Source: Eubacterium sp.
GTDB lineage: Bacteria > Bacillota > Clostridia > Acetivibrionales > DSM-1351
Direction of reading: 5' to 3'
Assembly (NCBI GenBank): GCA_029266335.1
Contig: JAQSXC010000011.1
Span: forward strand, 1,289-65,288
Length of the DNA: 64,000 bases
Position numbers and translations under genes: made by a program
Shown: one piece after another, positions 10,607 through 18,939 of the stretch
How positions within the stretch are numbered: position 1 is the first letter of the stretch
Layout: each line of letters opens with the position of its first letter
Notes under the pieces: generated by a model
Told to the model about the DNA's origin: nothing
The model's input: only the letters and a program-made list of their open reading frames with translations
The model's database searches: none

Positions 10607-11647
10607 ATGATGAAAAACAGAGCAGCATATATGACTGGATTAAATAAAATGGAGATCCGTGATATTGAAGTTCCAAAGCTGAGAGATAAGGATGTACTTG
10701 TAAAGCTTGAATACGTTGGGATCTGCGGATCAGATGTTCACTATCTCGAACATGGTAAAATAGGTGATTTTATAGTAGACGGAGATTTTATACTTGGGCA
10801 TGAATGTGCCGGTACTATAGTTGAAATCGGCAGCGGAGTACAGAATCTCAAGGTTGGTGACAAGGTTGCACTGGAGCCCGGAATTACCTGCGGACAATGT
10901 GAGTTCTGCAAGTCGGGTAAGTACAATCTGTGTCCGGATGTTGAGTTCCTTGCCACACCGCCGTATCACGGTTCATTGATGAACTATATAGCTTTTCCCG
11001 AAAATATGTGTTTCAAGCTTCCTGAAAATATCACAACTAAAGAAGGTGCACTTGTGGAACCTTTGGCAGTTGGCATGCATGCAGCCTTGCAGGGAAATGT
11101 AAAGCTTGGCAGCTCGGTTGTAATATTGGGAGCAGGCACAATCGGACTTGTAACCCTGTTGGCCTGCAAGGCATACGGTGCTACTGACATAACAGTTGTA
11201 GACGTTATACCAAAGAGACTTGAGTATGCAAAGAAGCTGGGTGCTACAGCAACCCTGAATGCCGCTGAAGTCGATGTAAATACAGAAATTGAAAAGATGA
11301 CTGCTAAAAGGGGAGCCGATATTGTAATTGAAACCGCTGGTTCTGCAAGAACCATATCACAGACTCCTTACCTGATAAAAAACGGCGGTACAATTGTTCT
11401 GGTGGGTCTTGCACCACAGGATATCATAGAGTTTAACTTTGCAAAGATAATGGCAAAGGAAGCTGAGATTAAATCGGTATTCCGCTACAGAAATATTTAT
11501 CCTACAGCTATAAAAGCTATTGCAAACGGAACAATAGATATTACAGGTATTGTTACTCATGAGTTTGATTTTGATGACGTGGGAAAAGCTTTTGATTATG
11601 TTATAAACAATAAACAGGATGTTGTAAAAGCTGTAATTAAAATTTAG
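10607..11647 (+). CDS. Zn-dependent NAD(+) polyol dehydrogenase (sorbitol/xylitol dehydrogenase-like)
   Basis: GICGSDVH, GHE, CxxCxxC-x7-C structural Zn site, GAGTIG, SVFRY. Confidence 0.9.
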   Translation: MMKNRAAYMTGLNKMEIRDIEVPKLRDKDVLVKLEYVGICGSDVHYLEHGKIGDFIVDGDFILGHECAGTIVEIGSGVQNLKVGDKVALEPGITCGQCEFCKSGKYNLCPDVEFLATPPYHGSLMNYIAFPENMCFKLPENITTKEGALVEPLAVGMHAALQGNVKLGSSVVILGAGTIGLVTLLACKAYGATDITVVDVIPKRLEYAKKLGATATLNAAEVDVNTEIEKMTAKRGADIVIETAGSARTISQTPYLIKNGGTIVLVGLAPQDIIEFNFAKIMAKEAEIKSVFRYRNIYPTAIKAIANGTIDITGIVTHEFDFDDVGKAFDYVINNKQDVVKAVIKI

Positions 11648-11664
11648 CAAATGCTCTCTTTAAA

Positions 11665-11740
11665 CATGATTAAATAATAAAACTCCTTTTTAAGGCGGGA
11701 AATATCCGCCTTAAAAAGGGGAAGTTATTATTTAGTCATG
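11665..11740. repeat. Long hairpin built from the ends of the MITE at 16693-16850; probably acts as a terminator
   Basis: CATGATTAAATAATAAAACTCC ... GGGGAAGTTATTATTTAGTCATG matches both MITE termini. Confidence 0.7.
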
Positions 11741-11800
11741 CTTCAGATATATTCTCCTAAAAAAAGTTGAAGTTCAGACTTTAACTTTTATCTCCTGTTT

Positions 11801-11838
11801 GACAGTTGGGTCTTTAAAAGATTCAACTGTCTTTTTTT
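11801..11838 (+). terminator. Intrinsic terminator upstream of the padR promoter
   Basis: GACAGTTGGGTCTT / AAGATTCAACTGTC followed by a T-tract. Confidence 0.7.
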
Positions 11839-11843
11839 ATTCA

Positions 11844-11899
11844 TCAAAGTACTATGCTTGTAAAATTACCTTGACAGTCATAGTACTATGATGTATATT
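11844..11899 (+). promoter_or_regulatory. Sigma-A promoter with two palindromic candidate PadR operators
   Basis: TTGACA(11871)-N17-TATATT; perfect palindrome TCATAGTACTATGA at 11878-11891 and near copy TCAAAGTACTATGC at 11844-11857. Confidence 0.7.
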
Positions 11900-11919
11900 G
11901 TAAATGCGGAGGTGAATAA

Positions 11920-12249
11920 ATGGTTGATAATAAAATCTCCTCGGATTTGCTAAGAGGACATACGGATACTATTATTCTGAAACTTTTAATAAGCGGAGAT
12001 AAATATGGATATGAGATATCAAAACTGATACATTCCAATTCAAATGGAGAGTATGAGCTTAAGGAAGCTACCATGTATTCCAGTCTTAAGAGATTGGAGA
12101 GTGATGGCGGTATAGTCTCCTACTGGGGTAATGAAACCCAGGGAGGAAGAAGAAAATACTACAGTATAACTGAAAAGGGCAAAAGCACTTATTTTGAAAA
12201 CAAGAAAAACTGGGAAGATGCAAAACGTATTCTGGATCAATTATTATAA
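11920..12249 (+). CDS. PadR family transcriptional regulator (short subfamily)
   Basis: YGYEI, EATMYSSLKRLE, GGRRKYYSITEKG. Confidence 0.93.
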   Translation: MVDNKISSDLLRGHTDTIILKLLISGDKYGYEISKLIHSNSNGEYELKEATMYSSLKRLESDGGIVSYWGNETQGGRRKYYSITEKGKSTYFENKKNWEDAKRILDQLL

Positions 12250-12320
12250 CGCATAAAAAAACCGCCAACGGGTTTTCATCACTATTTATGCCGCTGCTCA
12301 GCAGCAGAATGGAGATTAAC

Positions 12321-13160
12321 ATGAATAATAAACTAAACAAATATTTAGATGGTATATTTCTACCCTATGAGGATTTGCCTACTGTAAAGGAATTGAAGGA
12401 AGAACTCCTTAATGACCTGCATGAGAAATTTAATGATTATAAGCATCAGGGATACGATGAGGAAACTGCCTACAATATGACAGTGAACTCCATTGGAGAT
12501 ATATCGGAAATCATAGAGTGTATATCTGCAAATACGAGAGAACTTAAGCAGCTTTCCAGCAAGGATTTTTCAAAAATAAATCTGCAGGATTCCGATTTCA
12601 TAGGAGTATCGGTACACGACAGCAAGTTTGACTACAGTGACCTGAAAAGATCCGACTTCACAGGTTCGGACCTCTCTGAAAGTTCTTTTAAAAGCAGTGA
12701 CATGGTAGATGTCAGATTAGACGGAACTAACCTGTCGGGAGCGATAATAGATATGTCTGACATGAGAAATGTAAGTTTCAGCGGTGCTAATCTTACTGAA
12801 GCAAAATTGGATATGTCCGACATGAGAAATGCCAATTTTGACGGTGCAAACCTTACCAGAGCCAGACTAAAAATGTGTGACCTCAGAGGTTCAAGTTTCG
12901 GCAGCTGTATTCTGGATTATACAGATTTCAGTTCGTCAGATTTGTCAGGTGTATGCTTTGATAATATGACTTTGACAGGTACTATTTTCGGCAAAACCGG
13001 ATTAAAGGGAACTTCTTTTAGAAATGCATTTCTCAGAGATGTTTCCTTCAGATGGTCCGATCCCAAAAAAACTATATTCGACGGTGCCACCATGGATAAG
13101 TTGACTTATGCCGTATTAAAGGGAACAAAGGCTGATCTTTCAAATGTTACTGTAATCTAG
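12321..13160 (+). CDS. Pentapeptide-repeat protein with N-terminal permease-prefix (HAAS-like) domain
   Basis: N-terminal 'YLDGIF...ELKEELLNDLHEK...G..EETA...SIGD', then about 35 A/S-D/N-L/F-x-x pentapeptides; GGAG RBS before ATG 12321. Confidence 0.88.
   Translation: MNNKLNKYLDGIFLPYEDLPTVKELKEELLNDLHEKFNDYKHQGYDEETAYNMTVNSIGDISEIIECISANTRELKQLSSKDFSKINLQDSDFIGVSVHDSKFDYSDLKRSDFTGSDLSESSFKSSDMVDVRLDGTNLSGAIIDMSDMRNVSFSGANLTEAKLDMSDMRNANFDGANLTRARLKMCDLRGSSFGSCILDYTDFSSSDLSGVCFDNMTLTGTIFGKTGLKGTSFRNAFLRDVSFRWSDPKKTIFDGATMDKLTYAVLKGTKADLSNVTVI
12750..12870 (+). repeat. 60-bp intragenic tandem duplication in the pentapeptide gene
   Basis: GATATGTCYGACATGAGAAATG...CGGTGCWAAYCTTAC repeated with a 60-bp period (DMSDMRN twice). 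Confidence 0.75.
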
Positions 13161-13171
13161 GAGGGAAAATA

Positions 13172-14119
13172 ATGCTTAAAAATGATATGGCAATTTCGGT
13201 AACGGGACTGGAAAAGTCCTATAAAAATCTAAAAGTACTCAAGGGAATTCAATTTTCCATTAAAAAAGGCAGTATTTTTGCACTTTTAGGCTCGAATGGT
13301 GCAGGGAAGACAACTGCTATTAAGATTTTGACCACTTTAATCAAACCTGATAAAGGCAGTGTACAGATATGCGGGTATGATATTCTTCGTCAATCCAATG
13401 AAGTGAGGGGAGTAATAAGTCTAACAGGTCAGTTTGCTGCAGTAGATGAGATTATGACCGGAAGAGAGAATTTACGGATGATCGGAAAGCTGCGCCACCT
13501 TTCTGAGGTCAATAACAGGGTTGATGAATTGCTCAAACGGTTTGATTTACTTGAGGCTTCAGACAGAAGGGTCGCAACCTATTCGGGCGGTATGCGCAGA
13601 AGACTGGATCTGGCAATGAGCCTGCTTGGAAAGCCTTCGGTTATATTTCTTGACGAACCAACCACCGGGCTTGATCCACAAAGCCGTCTGTCCATGTGGA
13701 AGATTATTAAGGATCTCACACAATCGGGAATTACAGTCTTTTTGACCACACAGTATTTAGATGAAGCTGATCAGCTTGCAGATCATATTGCAATTCTAAA
13801 TGAAGGAAAAATTGTAGCTGAGGGGACTTCAGCAGAACTTAAAAAATTACTTCCGCATGGTCATATAGAGCTAAAGTTTTACAACGATACGGGCCTGAAA
13901 GCAGCCGGAGAATTACTGCAAGAATACGGCTGCAGCTCCGATAAACAGAATACAACCCTTTCAGTTGCCACAGATGGAAGCTTAAAACAAATAACTGATA
14001 TTTTAAATAAACTTGAAAAACAGGGTATACCTGTTGCTGAATTTTCACAAAAGCAGGCAACCCTGGAGGATGTGTTCCTGACTATAATAGGAGAAAACAA
14101 AGAAAAGGAGGCTATATAA
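13172..14119 (+). CDS. DrrA-family ABC exporter ATP-binding protein
   Basis: GSNGAGKTT, YSGGMRRRLDLA, DEPTTGLDP, LTTQYLDEAD, C-terminal TLEDVFL. Confidence 0.93.
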   Translation: MLKNDMAISVTGLEKSYKNLKVLKGIQFSIKKGSIFALLGSNGAGKTTAIKILTTLIKPDKGSVQICGYDILRQSNEVRGVISLTGQFAAVDEIMTGRENLRMIGKLRHLSEVNNRVDELLKRFDLLEASDRRVATYSGGMRRRLDLAMSLLGKPSVIFLDEPTTGLDPQSRLSMWKIIKDLTQSGITVFLTTQYLDEADQLADHIAILNEGKIVAEGTSAELKKLLPHGHIELKFYNDTGLKAAGELLQEYGCSSDKQNTTLSVATDGSLKQITDILNKLEKQGIPVAEFSQKQATLEDVFLTIIGENKEKEAI

Positions 14120-14895
14120 TGAATATTCTAACCAATATTAAAAATAATGTCAGCGATACTCTGGTAATGACAGGGCGTGTGCTGAATTATACACTGAGAA
14201 GTATTGATACCATTATTACCGTAGTAGCAATGCCCATTATGATGATGCTAATGTTTGTATATGTGTTTGGCGGCTCCATGAATACCGGTTCTGTCAAATA
14301 TATTAACTATGTAGTCCCGGGTATTGTTCTGATGTGTATTCTCAGCGGAATAGCCTATACTGCAGTCCGTTTGAATAATGATGTGACCAAAGGCATATTT
14401 GAGCGTTTTCATTCCATGCCCATTGCAAAATCATCAATTTTAGGTGGTCATGTAGTTACTTCAGTACTTTTTAATGCTTTTTCGACAATTGTAATTCTGG
14501 CATTTGCATTTATAATGGGATTCAGATCTGATGCAGGGCTTACAAGCTGGCTATTGGTTGCATTGGTATTGCTGCTTTTTACCCTTGCCATGACCTGGAC
14601 TGCGGTCATGTTTGGCTTACTGGCAAGTAATGCCGAAGGTGCCGGTGTGTTCAGCTATCTTTTACTGATTCTGCTCTTCATCAGTTCCGCATTCGCCCCT
14701 ACTCAAACCATGCCAAAGCTTGTGCGACTGTTTGCAGAAAATCAGCCTATGACACCCATTATTGAAGCAGTCCGATCGCTTTTGCTGGGAGAAACCTCAG
14801 GAAACAATGCTTTGACTGCAATATTATGGTGTATCGGAATACTGATAGTTACCTATGTTGCATCAGTAGGTATTTACAAACGGAAGGCAGCTTGA
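14119..14895 (+). CDS. DrrB-family ABC-2 permease
   Basis: YINYVVPGI, ERFHSMPI, SSAFAP..MP, six TM helices; overlaps the ATPase stop (TAATG). Confidence 0.9.
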   Translation: MNILTNIKNNVSDTLVMTGRVLNYTLRSIDTIITVVAMPIMMMLMFVYVFGGSMNTGSVKYINYVVPGIVLMCILSGIAYTAVRLNNDVTKGIFERFHSMPIAKSSILGGHVVTSVLFNAFSTIVILAFAFIMGFRSDAGLTSWLLVALVLLLFTLAMTWTAVMFGLLASNAEGAGVFSYLLLILLFISSAFAPTQTMPKLVRLFAENQPMTPIIEAVRSLLLGETSGNNALTAILWCIGILIVTYVASVGIYKRKAA

Positions 14896-15007
14896 TCAGA
14901 AATAAGCAATAAAAACGGGAACACCTGAATTGCTTACTTTTGGTGTCCCCAAAGGGTGTGCTCTTATCAAAACATTTAAAATATTACAATTGTTTTCATG
15001 CAACTAC

Positions 15008-15976
15008 TCACTTGCACAAGCTGCAGCTGCTGCAGTCTCCGCAGGAAAAACCTGAGGCGGCTTTAGGCATACTGTCATTTGCCACTGAAAATCTGGAGGT
15101 ATACAGATCGTAAACCCTGGTAGTATCCCCTTCAAATTTTACATGGTGTCCCTCAAAGGTAATCTTAAGAGGTATAATCATGAATTTGTCTTCCTCAAGA
15201 GGATCGGGTTTCAGAGCCGGCTCCAGTATATCTACTGTACCATCCTTGTCAAAAACAGCGATTTTGCTGCTTGAGGTTGTCAACGAATGAATGGTCCCAT
15301 TTTTTTTAAAGCACAATGAATTGGTTTCTCCACATATGCCAAGAGCATTTTCATCAAACGCATTAATATTGCCTATAGGTGTCGCAAGAGTTAGCTCATA
15401 GGCCGGCTCTACAGATTTCAAACCCCCATCCTCATACAGCGAAAATCCTATTCTGACAGGGTACAGATCTGCCTTGTTTTTAAGAATGACAGTTTCTCCA
15501 GGCCATAGGGTCAGAGCTTTTAAATTGCCGTTTTCATAGAAACAAAGACTTATTATTTTTGCCTTGAAACTTCCAAATGGGAACCTGAACTGAAATACCT
15601 CACAAAGCTGTTCTTCATCAGTTTCAGTCCAGTAGCCGCTTATTTTCCCATTGAGAGGGAAAAGGCGTTTAAGTGCTCCGCTCTCATAAAAGGTAACGAG
15701 TTCGGCAGGAAAGGTACCAAGGATAGTAATAATATTTGTCTGCTTTTCCATAGCTATGCTTTTTACAGCTCCGCTTTTGTAAAAAGAAATAGAATGATTG
15801 TATTTTGTTCTTGCTTCTTCATGGCCATACTTTGGTATAAGCTCTCCATACCTGGTTTTTATGACATTTGCTTCATTCAGGATACAATCCTTCAAGGTTC
15901 CATCCTCATAGCAATATGAATCGGCAATACCCCTGAGTTCAAGAATTACGGCTGTTTCATTTATTATCTCGTACAA
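15008..15976 (-). CDS. Conserved hypothetical nif-associated protein with MORN-like FY(E/K)xG repeats and C-terminal CxxCxxCxxC
   Basis: FYKSGAVKSI, FYESGALKRL, FYENGNLKAL, LYEDGGLKSV repeats; ends CGDCSSCSLCK; AAGGAGGGG RBS before a TTG start. Confidence 0.75.
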   Translation of the reverse strand: MYEIINETAVILELRGIADSYCYEDGTLKDCILNEANVIKTRYGELIPKYGHEEARTKYNHSISFYKSGAVKSIAMEKQTNIITILGTFPAELVTFYESGALKRLFPLNGKISGYWTETDEEQLCEVFQFRFPFGSFKAKIISLCFYENGNLKALTLWPGETVILKNKADLYPVRIGFSLYEDGGLKSVEPAYELTLATPIGNINAFDENALGICGETNSLCFKKNGTIHSLTTSSSKIAVFDKDGTVDILEPALKPDPLEEDKFMIIPLKITFEGHHVKFEGDTTRVYDLYTSRFSVANDSMPKAASGFSCGDCSSCSLCK

Positions 15977-16030
15977 AATAACCCCTCCTTCTACTTAATA
16001 AATATATGTTTTTTATGCTATTTCAAGCTG

Positions 16031-16663
16031 CTAACACTTACAGACCTTTTTAAAAATAGAGACTTTAAGCCGGTTTTTATCCAGCTCTTCGACTGTATAG
16101 GTCATCCGTTTCTGTGGAAGAAAGACATCAAACCACGGAGGTATATGACTGCAGACAACCTCCAGCCTATAAAAAAGAGCTGTTTCCATAAAACCCTGAA
16201 GTGCCTTTTTGGAGGATATCTCCGGATGCTTTTCCTGCAGTTCAATCAGATTAAGGTAATATACACCATCTGTTGAGGTTAAAACAGGTGAAGTTGGAGT
16301 ATTGGCGGCTGTATCTGCAATTTTTGCGGTATCAGCCTTCAGCTCCAGGTCTATTTGCTCCAGCAGCTGATCTGACAAGGCATCAGCTTCAAAAATATCA
16401 AACCCCATCCTTTCCAGAATATTATAAGGAAGGCCGGTTACAGATCGGCCTATTATTGTTTTGCAGTCCTCCAGCTTTAGTATTATAGTTCTGATGCTAT
16501 CTCTCATATCAGACATTGCTGCTGCAGTGTCAAGAGAATATTTTATTTCATCTGCTACCTGCCATACCTTGTCAACAAGACTGAAGACAAGCAGACTTGC
16601 TCCGTTTTCAAAAGACGACAGTTCGTTATCCTCATTAATAATAACTGAAATTTTACCGGTCAC
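16031..16663 (-). CDS. anfO: AnfO-family nitrogenase accessory protein
   Basis: N-terminal KISVIINEDxxxSSF, G(L)PYNILE, YYLNLxELQ...SSKKAL..F, C-terminal CSHIPPWF; AAGGGGGA RBS before a GTG start. Confidence 0.75.
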   Translation of the reverse strand: MTGKISVIINEDNELSSFENGASLLVFSLVDKVWQVADEIKYSLDTAAAMSDMRDSIRTIILKLEDCKTIIGRSVTGLPYNILERMGFDIFEADALSDQLLEQIDLELKADTAKIADTAANTPTSPVLTSTDGVYYLNLIELQEKHPEISSKKALQGFMETALFYRLEVVCSHIPPWFDVFLPQKRMTYTVEELDKNRLKVSIFKKVCKC

Positions 16664-16692
16664 ATCAGATTCCCCCTTGTTTATTGGATTTA

Positions 16693-16850
16693 GGCATGAT
16701 TAAATAATAACTTCCCCATTTTGAGCCGTATATTTTTCGTCAATACTTTGTTGTCGTCAGTTGCAATAAAGCAATTATTGCGCCTTCCTCCGCCTTGTCT
16801 TGACAAAAAATATCTCGCCTCAAAACGGAGTTTTATTATTTAATCATGCC
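16693..16850. mobile_element. 158-bp MITE-like non-autonomous element
   Basis: About 50-bp imperfect terminal inverted repeats starting GGCATGATTAAATAATAA; TTA on both flanks (candidate target-site duplication); no ORF. Confidence 0.75.
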
Positions 16851-16857
16851 TTAGAAT

Positions 16858-16903
16858 AAAACAAAAAAAGCGAACTGAGTTGAAACTCAATGCGCTTCTT
16901 TGC
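16858..16903 (-). promoter_or_regulatory. Leader terminator with an overlapping ANTAR-like hexaloop hairpin (anfO operon)
   Basis: Minus strand GC-AAAGAA-GC overlaps the 5' arm of AAGCGCATTGAG/CTCAGTTCGCTT + T-tract. Confidence 0.6.
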
Positions 16904-16930
16904 AACTGTTTTTTATTAACATTTAATTTT

Positions 16931-16959
16931 ATTATATGAAGCAATACCGGATTAAGCAA
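16931..16959 (-). promoter_or_regulatory. Sigma-A promoter of the anfO operon
   Basis: Minus strand TTGCTT-N17-TATAAT. Confidence 0.65.
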
Positions 16960-17110
16960 CTGTTATTTTTCAAAATGTACAGATTATAAAACATATTTGT
17001 AAGTAATATACAAAAACACTCTGAAAAACCATATCTAATATGTACATCTTCGTGTATTGTGAAGGGATAGATAAACCTTTATACTCGTAGTATGCCAGTT
17101 CAATAAAAAC

Positions 17111-17177
17111 GACGACGAAGTCTCGTATTCCAAATAAGTCAAAAATGACTTGAGGAATATTGAGACTTTTCTGTTTT
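17111..17177 (+). promoter_or_regulatory. nifH leader attenuator 1 (ANTAR-like hairpin + terminator)
   Basis: GAC-GACGAA-GTC overlaps the 5' arm of AAGTCTCGTATTCC/GGAATATTGAGACTT + TTCTGTTTT. Confidence 0.6.
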
Positions 17178-17214
17178 ATCAACTTGCATTATCCTCTATT
17201 AACAATTATCGATA

Positions 17215-17271
17215 GACGAAGAGGTCTTTAAACTTTAGCGCTGATGCTTATGTTTAAAGACCTTTTTATTT
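17215..17271 (+). promoter_or_regulatory. nifH leader attenuator 2 (ANTAR-like hairpin + terminator)
   Basis: GAC-GAAGAG-GTC overlaps the 5' arm of AGGTCTTTAAAC/GTTTAAAGACCT + TTTTATTT. Confidence 0.65.
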
Positions 17272-17293
17272 AACTAAAAGTCAACAAAACTAA

Positions 17294-18163
<870 letters not shown>

Positions 18164-18204
18164 CCAAAACCCAACTTAAAATTGAAGAAAAGGTGGTTGA
18201 GATT

Positions 18205-18531
18205 ATGTTGTTAATCAGAGCAATTATCAGACCGGAAAAAACCGGAATTGTATTATCGGAATTACTTGCAGCCGGATTCCCTGCTGTTACAAAAATGGAC
18301 GTTTTTGGAAGAGGTAAACAAAAAGGTATTGTTATCGGAGATGTTCAATATGATGAAATTCCAAAGGAAATGCTTTTGATCGTTGTTAAAGAGGAAGACC
18401 AGGACGATGTAGTGAAAGTTATTATGAGAAATGCCCGTACCGGTGAAAAAGGAAACTTCGGAGACGGTAGGATATTTATCAGCCAGGTGCTGGATGCTTA
18501 CACGATCAGTACCGGAAAACAAGGACTCTAA
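18205..18531 (+). CDS. nifI1: PII-like nitrogenase regulator NifI1
   Basis: AIIRPEK, GRGKQKG, TGEKGNFGDGRIF; position between nifH and nifD. Confidence 0.92.
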   Translation: MLLIRAIIRPEKTGIVLSELLAAGFPAVTKMDVFGRGKQKGIVIGDVQYDEIPKEMLLIVVKEEDQDDVVKVIMRNARTGEKGNFGDGRIFISQVLDAYTISTGKQGL

Positions 18532-18544
18532 AGGAGGTTTTCAT

Positions 18545-18919
18545 ATGAAGGAAATTATGGCCTTTATACGTACCAACAAGGTCAACAGGACTAAAGAAGC
18601 CCTCGCAAATGCCGGTTTCCCGGCATTTTCATGCAGACCCTGCCTGGGAAGAGGGAAAAAGAGCCTTGATGCTACGGTGCTGAACTACATTATGGAGACA
18701 GGAGACCTTCCTGTATCACAGGTGGGAGAAGCGTTTACAGAAAGTGCAAGACTTATTCCAAAAAGATTTTTTACTATAATAATTGAAGACGATCAGGTGG
18801 ATTTGGCGGTTAAAACTATCATTAATGCTAACCAGACAGGTAATCCCGGGGACGGAAAAATATTTATTCTTCCTATAGACGAGACCTACAAGGTTAGAAC
18901 TGGTGAAACCGTACTATAA
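18545..18919 (+). CDS. nifI2: PII-like nitrogenase regulator NifI2
   Basis: MKEIMAFIRTNK, GRGK, QTGNPGDGKIF; AGGAGG RBS before ATG 18545. Confidence 0.92.
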   Translation: MKEIMAFIRTNKVNRTKEALANAGFPAFSCRPCLGRGKKSLDATVLNYIMETGDLPVSQVGEAFTESARLIPKRFFTIIIEDDQVDLAVKTIINANQTGNPGDGKIFILPIDETYKVRTGETVL

Positions 18920-18939
18920 TTAACGGGGTGGTGAGGCAA

